A DNA stretch of 64,000 bases from Squalus acanthias (taxonomy: Eukaryota). The position numbers were made by a program, and so were the translations under genes. Below the pieces are notes generated by a model. That model was not told where the DNA came from, did no database searches, and saw only the letters and a program-made list of their open reading frames with translations. Location: NCBI GenBank assembly GCA_030390025.1, contig CM059431.1, positions 157,048,001 through 157,112,000 on the forward strand, given 5' to 3'. How positions within the stretch are numbered: position 1 is the stretch's first letter; every line of letters starts with the position of its first letter. This document shows, one piece after another, positions 28,090-41,180 of the stretch.

Positions 28090-30897
28090 CTACTGCTCCG
28101 TGTGAAATAGATGGCTGAGTTGACGGCATAAATTGAAATAAATGGGTATGATCTGATAACCATTACAGAGATGTGGTTGCAAGTTGACCGAGTCTGGGAA
28201 CTGAATAGTCAGGAAATTTGACATTTAGGAATGATAGGCAGTAAGGAAAAGGAGGTGGGGTACCTCTGTTAATAAAGGATGAGGTCAGTGCAGTAATGAA
28301 AAATGATATTGATTCAGAAGATCAAGATGTAGAATCAGTTTGGCTGGAGATAAGAAATAGTAAGGGAAAAAAGTCACTGGTGGGTGTAGTCTCTACGCCC
28401 GCTAACTGTTGATACACCATAGGAGAGAGTATAAGTCAGGAAATAATAGGGGGTTGTAGGAAAGGAACTGCGATAATCATGGGCGTTTTTAATCTTAACA
28501 TGGTTTGGACGAATCAAATTAGCAAGGAGGAGTTCACAGAATGTAATCGGGATGGTTTCTTAGAACAATAAGTTGTGGCACCAACCAGGGAGCAGTCTAT
28601 TTTAGATCTGGTAATATGTAATAAAACAAGATTATGTAATGATCTCAGAGAAGAGGATCCTCTCTGGAAGAGCGATCATAACATGAGAGAATTTAAATTT
28701 CATTTTAAGGATGAGAAACTTGGCTCTGAATAAAGTTTCCTCGACTTAAAAAAAGGCAATTACAAAGGTATGAAGAGGGATTTGGCTAAAGTGGGCTGGG
28801 AAAAAAGATTACAAGGTAAATTGGTATGTAACCAGTGGCAGACATTTAAGGAAATATTCCATAACTCTCAGCAACGGTTTATTCCAGTGAGAAAGAAAAA
28901 CGCTATGAGAAGGATGAACCATCCGTAGCTAACTAAGGAAGTTAAGGATAGTATCAAATTGAAAGTACAAGCACACAATTTTAAGAAGATTAGAAACTAG
29001 CAAAGTGTGAGTAAAACATAATAATAAAAAGGGACATGATAGATTATGAAAGTAAACTAGCAAAAATATAAAAACAGACAGTAAGATCTTCTACAGGTAT
29101 ATAAAAAAGAAGAGCTTAGCTAAAGTAAAGGTTGTTCCCTTACTGGATGAGACTTGCGAAATAATAATGGGAAAGAGGGGAACGGCAGAGACTTTTAATA
29201 CATTTTTTGTGTCGGTCTTCATGGTAGAACACACTGAAAGCATCCCGATAATAATTGATTTCAAAGGGGCTAAGGAGAGGGAGGAACTTAAAACAATGAC
29301 TTTCACTAGAGAAAATATACTAGACAAACTAATGGGACTAAAGGCTGACAAGTCCCTGGACCAGATGTCCTACATCCCAGGGTCTTAAAAGAAGTGGCTG
29401 CAGAGATAATTAATGTTTTTGTTGTAATCTACCAAAATTCCCTTGATTCTGGAGAGGTCCCAGCGGATTGTAAAACCGCCAATATAACGCCCCTATTCCA
29501 GAAAGGAGGGAGGCAGAAAGGACGAAACTATAGATCAATTAGCCTAACATCTGTCTTTGGGATATTGCTGGAATCCATTATTAAGGAAGTAATAGCTGGA
29601 CATTTATAAAATAATATTACAAGCAAGCAAAGTCAACATGACTTTATGAAAGGGAAATCATGTTTGCCAAATTTATTAGAGTTCTTTGAGGAAATAACGA
29701 ACAGGGTGGATAAAGAGAAATCAATATATGCAATATATTTGGTTTTCCGGAAGGCATTCGATAAGGTGCAATCATAAAAGTTCACTGCACAAGATAAGAG
29801 CTCACGAAGTTGGGGGTAATATATTAGCATTGACAGAGGATTGGCTAACTAACATAAATCAAACAGTCGGGATGAATCTGGCAAAGTGTAACTAGTGGGG
29901 TGCCACAGGGATCAATACTGAGGCCTCATCTATGTACAATCTATTTTAATGACTTGGATGAATGGACCGAGTGTATTTTAGCCAAATTTGCTGTTGATAC
30001 AAAGATAGGTGGGAAAGCAAGTTATGAGGAGTGCACAAAGAGTCTGCAAAGGGATACAGATATATTAGGTGAGTGGGCAAAAAAAATGGCAGATGGAGTA
30101 TAATGTGGGAAAATGTGAGGTTAATTTGGTTTTAAGAATAAAAATGCAAATTATTATTTAAATGGAGAGAGACTCAAACTGTTCCAAAAGAAAGGGATCT
30201 GCGGTTTCTCGTACAGGAAACACAAAATGTTAGCATGCAAGTACAGCAATTAATTAGGAAGGCACATGGAATGTTGGCTTTTATTGCAAGGGGGATGGAG
30301 TATACAAGTAGGGTGTCTGCTACATTTTTACAAGGTGCTGGTGTGACCACACCAGGAATACTGCGTGCAGTGTTAGTCTCCTATTTAAGAGAAGGGATAG
30401 ACTTGCATAGGAGCAAGTTCAGAGAAGGTTAAAAAGGTTGATTAAGAGATGAATGGGTTGTCTTATGAAGAAGGTGTGAGCAGGTTGGGCCTGTACTCAT
30501 TGGAGTTCAGACCAATGAGAGGGAATCATATTGAAACATAAAAGATTCTGAGGGGTTTTGACAGGGCAGATGCAGGGAGGATATTTCCCCTCGTGGGGCT
30601 ATACAGAACTAGGGTGCATAGATTCAGAATTAGGGGGTCGCCCATTTAAAACGGAGATGAAGAGGATTTTCTTTTCCCTGAAGGTCGTGAATCTTTGGAA
30701 TTCTTTACCCCATAGAGTTGTTGAGGCAGATTCATTGAATATATTCAAGGTAGCGATAGACATATATTTGAACTACAAGGAAGTCAAGGGTAAGGGGGCT
30801 CGGGCGGGAAAGTAGATCTCAGGCCTGGGTCAGATGAGCCATGATCTTATTGAATGGCCTAGTCCTGCTCCTATTTCTTATGTTCAAATGTTCTGAT
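28090..30897 (+). mobile_element. CR1 LINE, APE endonuclease through 3' end, decayed
   Basis: YDLITITEMWL-type APE start. RT ORF pieces 29394-29609 and 29900-30103 (PQGSIL...FAVDTKI). 3' tail tgttcaaatgttctgatgtt. Confidence 0.92.
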
Positions 30898-31439
30898 GTT
30901 TCATTCCCCTTCCTGCTTCTCTGTGTTGCGGCTCCCAGTCTGTTTTCAGCTCCCGCTGCTCTGTGTCTGAAATCCCTGCCTTTTAAATGTCTACTACCCC
31001 CACCGGTGCTGTGCCTGGTCTTTAATGTTTGTGTCCCTCCCCCACAGGTTCCATTTCTGTATTTCCCCGGTTTCCATACCTATGTGTTCTATGTCTTATC
31101 CTTTCGTAACCTCCCTTCTTCAAAACACTTTGCATCCCACCTGCTCCATGCCTGAATGTCTCCCCGCATCTGTAACTGCCTCCTGCTCTACAACTTTCCT
31201 CCACCCCTAAATATCTCCCGCTAACCTTTATTCCTCCCCACCTGCTGCAATCCTAATTTTACCATTGCCTTTTCTTTCATCCAGCTCCGTGCCCGATTAT
31301 TCCAACATCCGTCCGCCCTCCTGCTCTATATTTGATTCTCCCTCTCCTTTCATTTCCACCTGCCCCATGTCTGATTACCTTCCCTGCTTCCTTCCCCATC
31401 CTGCTGCATGGCTAATTTCCCATTCACCACAAAAATTTT

Positions 31440-31615
31440 GTAACAGCTGGAAATGCTGTAAACACTCAGCAGGTCAGGCTGCATCTCTGGAAAGAGTTAG
31501 ATTTAACGATTCAGGTCGATGATCTTTCGTCAGACCTGGCTGACTTGGTGAGCATGTCCAGCATTCTCTGTTTATATTTCAGATTTCCAGCATCCGCCGT
31601 ATTTTACTTTAATAT
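31440..31615. mobile_element. Older Penelope pLTR-derived partial hairpin element (family A)
   Basis: Left arm ends in tcaggtcgatgatctttcgtcag (decayed hammerhead, minus strand). Right arm plus tail ends ...atttccagcatccgccgtatttt. Confidence 0.7.
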
Positions 31616-32181
31616 TTAAAATCTATTTCAAGTTCTGAATAATCCAAAACCCATCGCATATTCTCCATTAATCAGCTGGATAATCTTCCTCGTCAATATA
31701 TTTTTTTGTTTGAACACATCTCCATTTAAAAAATGCCTCTTCTGGTCCTTTGTGTATTTTGTAGTTTGATTATATAAGGGCCTCAGTCTAAAGTTCAACC
31801 ATTTCCCCTCGTTCGTAATTCCCCGATCAGCGGAAATAGTCTCTCTCTATCTACCCTATCGAAACTTAACATTTTAAACACCTCGGTCAGGTCGCCCTCA
31901 AAATGCTATAATCAAGCTGATGCAAGCCAGGCTTTTGCAACCTCTCAATCAGAGTGCATAACATTAATTCCCACTCTTTCTCCTGAATCCATACCAATTT
32001 CTAAACCAAGTTAAAAGCTTGCCTCCATTTCCATGCGCTCTCATTTTGCCAAATGTCTTTTGTGTGGAATCTTATCGAATGCCTTCTGCAAGTCCACATC
32101 GATAATATCCATAGGCACTCATATGTCTACCTTGTAAGTGACCTCCTCAAAATATGGAACTAGATTATTGAGACATGACTG

Positions 32182-34465
32182 ACATAAGAATAAAGAACAT
32201 AAGAAATAAGAGCAGGAGTAGGCCTTTCGGCTCTTTGAGCCTGCTCCGCCATTCAATGAGATAATGGCTGATCTTCTGCCTCAACTCCATTCACCGGTCT
32301 ATCATCATATCCCTTGATGCCTTTACTACTCAGAAAACTAGCGACTTCTGTTTTGAATGTACCCAATAACTGAGCCTCCACCTCCCTATGGGGTAGAGAT
32401 TTCCAAAGATTCACCACCCTCCGTGTGAAGAAATGTCTTATCATCTCAGTCGTGAATGGCCTAACCTTTATCTTGAGGCTGTGGCCCCTCGTCCTAGACT
32501 CCCCATACGAGGGAAACATTCGCCCAGCATCCAACCTAACTAGCCCTATAATATTTTTTATGCTTCAATGAGATCAGTCTCATTCTTCTGAACTGAAGAG
32601 AATACAGGCCTAGTTTACTCAATCACTTCTCATCCGAAAGTCCTGCCATCCCAGGAATCAATCTGGTGAACCTATGTTGCACTCCATCTATGGCAAGTAT
32701 ATCCTTCCTTAGGTAAGGAGAACAAAAATGTACACAATACTCCAGGTGTGGTCTCATCAAGACCCTGTCTAACTGGAGTAAGACTTCTTTACTCCTTTAC
32801 TCAAATCCTCTTGTAATGTACCATTTGCCTTCCTAATGGCTTGATGCACCTGCACATTCATTACAGTGATTCGTGTACAAGGACACCCAGATCCCTTTGA
32901 GAATCTGCATTCCCCAATCTTTCACCATTTAGGAAATACACTGCCTTTCTGTTTTTTCCACCAAAGTGGATAACTTCACATTTATCCACATTATATTCCA
33001 TCTGCCATGTTCTCGCGCAATCACTGAGCCTGTCGAGATCCTCTTGAAGCCTCTTCACATCCTCTTCACAACTGCCACTGCCACCTAGCTTTGTATCATC
33101 AGCAAAATTGGAAATGTTACACTTAGTCCACTCATCCAAATCATTGATATAGATTGTGAATAGCTGACGCCCAAGCACCGATCCTTGTGGTACCGCACTA
33201 GCCGCAGCCTGCCATCCTGAAAAAGACCAGTTTTTCCTACTATTTTTTTTCTGTCTGTTAACCAATTCTCAATCCATGCAAATATATTACCCCCAATTCC
33301 ATGTGCCCTAACTTTGTTCACCAAGCTCTTGTGTGGGAACTTACCGAAGACCTTCTGAAAATCCAAATACACCACATCTACCTTTTCTCCTTTGCGTACT
33401 CCACGAGTTACATCCTCAAAGAACTCCAATAGATTTGTTAAACAGGATTTCCCTTTCATAAATCGATGTTGAGTCAGCCCAATCTTACTAGTAGTTCCTA
33501 AGTGCCCAGTTATTGCATCCTTTAGAATAGATTTCATCATTTTCCCAACTACTGATGTAAGGCTAACAGGTCTGTAGATCCCCGTTTTCTCTCTCCCTGC
33601 CTTCTTAAATAGCGGGATTAAATTTGCTGTCCTCCAATCTGCAGGAACCGTTCCAGAATTTATAGAATTTTGGAAGAGGACAAGCAATGCGTCCACTCTC
33701 CTAATGGCTACCTCTTTCAAACCCTAGGATGTAGATCATCCAGTCCTTGGGATTTATCGACTTTTAGTCCCATTAATTTTGATTGTACTGTTTTTCTACT
33801 AATAATTATTTATTTAAGTGTCTTAATCTCGTCGCACCCATAGTTTTCTCATATTTCTTGGAGGTTTTTGGTGTCTTCCTCCAGGAAGACAGAAACAAAA
33901 TATTTATTTAATTTCTTAACCATTTCCTCATTTCCCGTTATAAATTCTCCCGTCTCTGACTGTAAAGGATCTACATTTACCTTTGCCAGTCTTTTCCTTT
34001 TCACATACCTATAGAAGCTTTTACAATTTGTTTTTATATATTTTGCTAGTTTGTACATATATTCCATTTTCCCTTTCTTTATCCATTTCTTGGTTCCCCA
34101 TTTGCTGATTGCTAAAACGATCCCAATCCTCAGGCTGACCGCTTTTTCTGGCATTTTTATAAGCTTCCTCCTTGGACTTAATACAAGCTTTAATTTCTTT
34201 TGTTAGTGATGGTTGGATCACTTTTCCTTTTGGGTTTTTATGCCCTAGAGGTGTATATGTTTTTCTGCAAATAATGCATTATTTACTTGAATGTTAGCCA
34301 TTGTATGTCCAACTTCACAACTTTTAGTGTAGTCTTCCAATCTACCATGGCCTACCTGTCCATCATACCCTTGCAGTTTCCTCTGTTTAGATTGAATACC
34401 TTAGTTTCATATTGGACTACATCACTCTCAAACTTAATGTAATATTCAATCATATTATGGTTACC
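32182..34465 (-). mobile_element. CR1 LINE, 5'-truncated, inserted into an older CR1
   Basis: ORFs 33085-33720 and 32861-33265 (VPQGSVLG, FADDTKL). Tail acataagaat...aacataagaa. The older CR1 continues at ~31790-32180 and ~34480-35250. Confidence 0.92.
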
Positions 34466-35809
34466 TTTAATAAAGCCATGCAGGTTATCTGATCGGCACA
34501 TTTTGCTCAAATGCTCACTCACTCGATCCTGAATGGCCGATTCGAGTAGCTTCCCCTCAATCGACGTTAAACTGACATGCATGTAGTTCCCTATTTTTTC
34601 TATCTCACCCATCTTAAATAGTGGAGTGAAGATAGCATTTTCCAGTCTAACGGCACAATTCCCGAATCAAGAAAACGTTCGAGGATTCTAACTAACGCTT
34701 TAGCAATTTCCACCATATTTGTTTTAATAACGTTGAGTGTAAATCATCAGGTCCTCGAGATTTATATATCCTAAGTCGCATTATTTTCTCCAGCAACATT
34801 TCCACTATTATGCATACAGTAGGTTCCTCCCCTTGATTTAATTTTAGTTTCCCTTCTATCACTGATATTTTGTTCTTTCCATTTACTGTGAAAACTGATA
34901 AAAGTATTCATTATATAAATCTGCTGTTACACTGTTAGCTATTACCATATCATATGTTTCTCTCTTTAATGGGCCACATCTCCCTCAGCCACTCTTTTAA
35001 ACTTAATATATTTATATTCATTATTACTATTAACCTTTATATTACTTGCAATTTTTCCCACTCCATTTTTGCAGCTCTTACTATTTTACTTTTGTCCATT
35101 TGTTGTTTTCTATGTTTCCCCCAGTACTCAGGATTGTCGCTTTCCTTGATATTTGTGTGAGCCACTTCCTTTAGATTTATACTGCGTCTTACTGCATATG
35201 CAGACCATGGTTGTTTGACTGTTCCAGTGAAATTTTACCTCCTTAGGGATGTGATTTGAATGACCAACAATGTCTTATCCGCAAAATTAAGGACAGACAG
35301 AATCAGGCCAATTACCGACCTATCAGCCACCCCACACTGACCAGCAAAGTGACGGGTATAATCATCAACAGCGTGACCGTAACTTGCCTCACAACAAGGC
35401 AGCATTTGCCTCGGTTTGGGCCCAATGAGTTCCAAGCATGCTAAGGTCAATGTTGGTCAAAGTGTAAACCTTGCGTGGGTGGAAATGTAGGATTTCGGTG
35501 ACGTTTCGGGGTTGTGTTTTATCTTGAAAATCTGGACCTCTAACCTTTTCTTCATAGCGTGACAAAAGCGGGAAATATGTTTCAATAATATCTACAACAG
35601 CAGAAGATTATACTTGGAAGTTTTATTTTGTTAAATGACTCCGTGGCAAGTCGTAACTTCCTAAGACTAAAACAATAATTTCTTACCTGATCCATTAGTC
35701 ATACCTCAATTTTACAATATAATTGAACTAGTACACTCGTAAACGGCAATGGGTCAGTTCGATTGCATTAAAATACTATAATTTTGCTCAGTATATTCCG
35801 GGTCCTTAC

Positions 35810-36086
35810 CTTGTGCTGCGGCTCCTGAGTCTGGTTCCAGAGAGTCCGGTTAAGTTAGCGTTGTGGGTTCTTCAGGTTAATGAACACACCCTGGGTAATG
35901 ATCACGATAGCAAAATACTGCGGATGCTGGAAATCCGAAATAACAACAGAAAACGCTGGAAAAACTCAGCAGGCGAGGCAGCATCCGTGGAGAGAGAAAG
36001 AGAGTTAATGATCAGTTATCCATCACAGTCATAAACACCACCTTCAGCCTGATCAGTACAATCCCTCCCCGCCCTGTTCTCTGGTG
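35810..36086 (-). pseudogene. Exon-like segment, copy 3, disrupted by a Penelope micro-element
   Basis: Canonical donor AAG|gtaagg. Reads PENRAGRDCTDQAEGGVYDCDG*. Insertion at 35905-36005; acceptor lost. Confidence 0.5.
35905..36005 (-). mobile_element. Penelope pLTR micro-element (family A), solo and truncated at the hammerhead 3' side
   Basis: Near-identical to 38730-38832. 9-bp TSD TAATGATCA at 35896-35904 and 36006-36014. Confidence 0.88.
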
Positions 36087-38726
36087 CACAGCTCAATTTG
36101 AATAGCTCTGATGAATTACTGATCTTTTACCAAAAGTAATTAATTACTTCTTTGTTAAAAATGATAAATTCCACCCCCCACCCCGCCCATCTCTTCCATC
36201 TGCAGTTCAGAAGACCCCGTAGGGAAACCGTGTTCTCTATCGCGATTCATATCAGTGTCCTCAATTCGATTATAATACTCACCATAAAACGTGTTTATTA
36301 TAAGACTATAAAAGGGCATAGCTAGAAACGGAACTCGGTCGCTATTAGTTTATTGGGATCAAACTGTTGAGAGAAGGACACAATGTGTCAACAGCATGCT
36401 TTTTTGGAATTATCCAACCTTTCGATCTTTATCTGTTTCTTTGTACCGATTCTATCTCTGTGGGAATGAACTACATTCGGTTCGCAGCTCTATTAATCCA
36501 GCTATTAGACCTTTTAAAATGTTAATCTGACCTAGATTACCCTTGATTTCTAAATTTCCGTGTGACACCAAATTGAGGGGGGTGGGTGAAGTCTATACTG
36601 AGGAGGACTGCAGCAAATTGCATGAGGACATTAATCAACTTGCAGAATGGGTATATTATTGGCAAATGAACATAAGAACATAAGAACATAAGACATAGTA
36701 GCAGGAGTATGCCAATCGGCCCCTCGAGCCTGCTCCGCCATTCTATAAGATAATGGCTAATCTGATCCTAACCTCAATTCGAAAGACCACAAGAAGTAGG
36801 AGCAGGACCCGGCCACTCAGCCCCTGGGTCCGCTCCGCCACCCACAGGGCCTCGACCGATCCGAATTCAGCCTCATGTCCAATTTCCTGCCCGCTCCCTG
36901 TAACCCCTAATTCCCTTTACTTCTAGGAAACTGTCTATTTCTGTCATAAATTTATTTAATGATGTAGCTTCCACAGCTTCCTGCGGCAGCAAATTCCACG
37001 GACCTACTACCCTCTGAGTGAAGAAGTTTCTCCTCATCTCAGTTTTGAAAGAGCAGCCCCTTATTCTAAGATTATGCTCCCTAGTTCTAGTTTCACCCAT
37101 CCTTGGGAACATTCTTAGTGCACCCACCCGATCAAGACCCTTCACAATCTTATATGTTTCAATAAGATCGCCTCACATTCTTCTGAACTCCAATGAGTAG
37201 TGTCCCAATCTACTCAACCTCTCCTCATATGTCCAGCCCTCATCCCCGGGATTAACCGAGTGAACCTTCTTTGTACTGCCTCGAGAGCAAGTATGTATTT
37301 TCTTAAGTATGGACACCAAAACTGAATGCAGTATTCCAGGTGCGGATTCACCAATACCTTATAAAAGTGCAGCAATACCTCCCTGTTTTATAATCTATCC
37401 CCCTAGCAATAAAAGCCAACATTCCGTTGGCCTTCTTGATCACCTGCTGCACCTGCATAATAACTTTTTGATTTTCTTGCACTAGGACCCACAGATCCCT
37501 TTGTACTGCAGTACTTTCCAGTTTCTCGCCATTAAGATAAGAACTTGCTCTCCGATTTTCCTGCCAAAGTGCATAACCTCACATTTTCCAATATTGTATT
37601 ACATCTGACAAATCTCCGCCTAATCACCCAGCCTGTCTATATCCCCTTGTAGGATTTTTATGTCCTCCTCACTTTCTACTTTCCCTCCCATCTTTGTATC
37701 ATCTGCAAACTTTGTAAAGAGTTGGGGACCCAGCACCGACACCTGTGGAATTCCACTGGCGACTGGTTGCCAGTCCGAGCATGACCCATTTATCCCAACT
37801 CTCTGCTTCCTGTTAGATAACCAATCCTCCACCCATGCCAGAATATTATCCCCAATCCAATGCTTTTTTATCTTGAGCAAAAATCGTTTATGTGGCACCG
37901 TGTTGAATGCCTTCTGGACGTCTAAATACACTACGTCCAGTGGTTCCCCTTTATCCACCCTGTACATTATGTCCTCAAAAAACTGAAGCAAATTTGTCAG
38001 ACATGACTTCTCTTTCATAAAGCCATGCTGACTTTGTCCTATAAAATTATGTTTATCTAAATGTTCCGTTACTGTCTCCTTACTAATAGACTCCAAAATT
38101 TTACCAAAGCATCCACAATCCCTACTGCCACTTCCCTCAAGACCCTAGGATGTAAGCCATCAGGTACAGGGGATTTATCCGCCTTGAGTCCATTATTTTA
38201 CTGAGTACCAATTCCTTAGTGATTTTAATCGTATTGAGCTCCTCCCGCCCCTAGAGTCACCTGTCTCTCCAGTGTTGGGATATTCTTAGTGTCTTCTACC
38301 GTAAAGACTGAAACAAAATATTTGCTCAGCATTTTTGCCATCTCCATGTTTCCCACCATTAATTTCCCGGTCCCAACCTCTGAGGGACCTACGTTTGCCT
38401 TAACCACCCTTTATCTTTTTATATAACTAGAGAAACTCTTGCTATCTGTTTTTATATTTTTTGCTAATTTAATTTCATAATCTATCATCCCTTTCTTAAT
38501 CAATCATTTAGTTAGTTGTTGCTGTCTTTTGAAGACTTCCCAATCTTCTATTCTCCCATTAAGTTTGGCTACCTTATACGTCCTTGTTTTTAGTCGGATA
38601 CTATCCTTAATTTCTTTACTTAGCCTCGGTTGGCTGTCCTTTATTTTACACCCTTTTTTGCTCATTCGAATATATTATTTTTGAAAGTTGTAAAATAGCT
38701 GCTTAAATGTACACCACTGCTCATGT

Positions 38727-38862
38727 GATACGATAGCAAAATACTGCGGATGCTGGAAATCCGAAATAACAACAGAAAACGCTGGAAAAACTCAGCAGGC
38801 CAGGCAGCATCCGTGGAGAGAGAAAGAGAGTTAACGTTTCAGGTCGATGACCTTTCATCAGA
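38727..38862 (-). mobile_element. Penelope pLTR micro-element (family A), solo, with intact hammerhead core
   Basis: 11-bp TSD ACTGCTCATGT at 38716-38726 and 38863-38873. Minus strand reads CUGAUGA-A-AGGUC(AUC)GACCU-GAAA-CG-UU-AAC (core begins at 38861). Confidence 0.9.
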
Positions 38863-41006
38863 ACTGCTCATGTACCGTCTTACACTTTAATCTATTTTCC
38901 CAGTCCACTTTAATCAATTCCGCTCTCATACCATCATAGTCTCATTTATTCAAGTTCAGTACGCTTGTTTGAGAACAAACCTTATCACCCTTTAGTTGGA
39001 TATGGAATTCAACCATGTTATGGTCACTCATTCCAAGGGGATCTTTAACGAGGACATTATTAATTAACGCTGACTCATTACACAGACCAGGTCCAAGTTT
39101 GCTTGCCGCCTTGTAGGATCAGTTACATACTGCTCAAGAAATCCATCCCTAATACACTCAATAAACTCTTCCTCAAGGCTGCCCTGACCAATTTGATTTG
39201 TCCAGTTAATATGATAGATAAAATCCCCCATAATTATTGCTGTTCCTTTATTACAAGCCCCAACTATTTCCTAATTAATACTTCTTCCAGCAGAGTTGCA
39301 ACTAATATGAGGCCTATATACTACTCCCACTAGTGTTTTTCCCCATATTATTCCTTATCTCCACCCAAACGGTTTCATTATCCTGATCCTTTGACCCAAT
39401 ATAATGTATCTGTATTACAGTGATTCCTTCCTTTGTTAACATAGCCATCCCACGTCCCCCTCCTTCCTGCCTGTCCTTCCTGATTGTTAATTACCCTGGC
39501 ATATTTAATTCCCAGTCGTTGTCACCCTGCAGCCATGTTTCTGCAATGGCCACAAGATCATACCCATACATAGTTATTTGTGCCGTTTCCTCGTCCATTT
39601 TGTTACGAATGCTACGTGCATTCAGATAAAGAACTTTCAAATATGTTTTGTGACACTTAGTTCCTGCTTTTTCCTTTTTTAACACTTCACCTTTTACTCC
39701 ATACCTTCTGTCCCTTCCTGACACGTTTTCCTCTGTCTCCCTGCTCAGGTGCCCAACCCCCCTGCCACTTTAGTTTAAACCCTCCCCAACAGCACCAGCA
39801 AACACTCCCCCTAGGACAGCGGTACCCGGCCCTGCCCAGGTGCAGACAGTCTGGTTTATACTGGTCCCACCTCCCCCTGAACCGTTTCCAATGTCACAGG
39901 AATTTGAATCTCTCCCCTTTGCACCATTCCTCTAGCCACGTATTCAATTGAAATATCCTCTTATTTCTACTCTGACTAGCACGTGGCAGTGTTAGCAATC
40001 CTGGGATTACTATCTTTGTGGTCCTATTTTTTAATTTACCTCCTAACTCCCTATATTCTGCTTTTAGGACCCCATCCCCTTTTTTACCTATATTGTTGGT
40101 GCCTATGTGCACCACTACAGCTGGCTGTTCGCCCTCCCCCTACAAAATGTTCCATAGGCGCTCCGAGGCGTCCCTGACCCTTGCACCAGGGAGGAAACAC
40201 ACCATCCTGGAGTCTCGGTTGCGGCCGCAGAAACGCCTATCTATTCCCCTTACAATTGAGTCCCCTATCACTATAGCTCTACCACTTTTGTTCCTCCCAG
40301 CCTGTGCAGCAGAGCCAGCCATGGTGCCAGGAAGTTGGCTGCTGCTGCCTTCACCTGATAATTCATCAGCCCAACAGTATTCAAAGTGATATATCTGTTT
40401 GAGAGGGGGATGTCCACAGGGGAACCCTGCACTACCTGCCTGCACCTCTTACTCTGCCTGGTGTTCACCTATTTACTTTCTGCCTGTGCACCCTTTGCCA
40501 GCGGTGTGACCAACTCTCTAAACGTGACATCCACGAGGTTCTCAGGATCGCGAATGCTCCAATACACCTCCATCCGCAGCTCCAGCGCCTCAATGCGGTC
40601 TGTCAGCAGCTGCAGCTGGATACATTTCCCTCACACATGAATGTCAGGGACACCGGAAGTGTTCCTGATTTCCCACATCGAGCAGGAGGAGCATAACACA
40701 GGGCCGGGCTGTCCTGTCATGACTTTCCCTTTAATTAATTGAACTTAAATTAAATCAAATCAATACCACCAATTTCACTCAATTAAATTATCTACTCAAG
40801 GGCCCTTGGTTACTAGCACTAGAAACTATATCCACAAAAATAAGACCTTCTAAACTTTATAAACTATGAAACTTAACTGTTAAACCATAGAGTAGTATTA
40901 ATACTTACCTAGCCGTATAACCCAATCAGCTGCTCCCTCCTGCGCACGTCACTTTTTGAATCGTGACGTGGCTCTGGAACGCCGCAGCCGGTCTGAGATC
41001 GGTGTG

Positions 41007-41180
41007 CCTGTGAATGAAAAGCCCGCGAAAGTGTGTTCAAATACACACTGGACCTCCGGTCTCGCCGCTCCCGACACCAGCCTGTAAATGAAAAGCCCGC
41101 GAAAGTGAGTTCAAATACTCACTGGACCTCCGGTCTCGCCGCTCCCGACACCAGCCTGTAAATAAAAAGCCCGCGAAAGT
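41007..41180 (-). repeat. 74-bp tandem monomers (~2.3 copies) at the CR1 5' end
   Basis: CCTGTRAATRAAAAGCCCGCGAAAG recurs at 41007, 41081 and 41155. Confidence 0.9.

Larger units (their letters stand above)
36669..41180 (-). mobile_element. Near full-length CR1 (5'UTR monomers, ORF1 Zn-finger/SGNH esterase, ORF2 APE-RT with deletions)
   Basis: ORF1 ATG at 40720 reads MTGQPGPVLCSSCSMWE..., followed by IVIGDSIVRG, FLPGA and VHIGTNN. APE LYLNARSIRNK; RT 37620-38096; (acataaga)n tail. Stops and frameshifts present. Confidence 0.93.
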
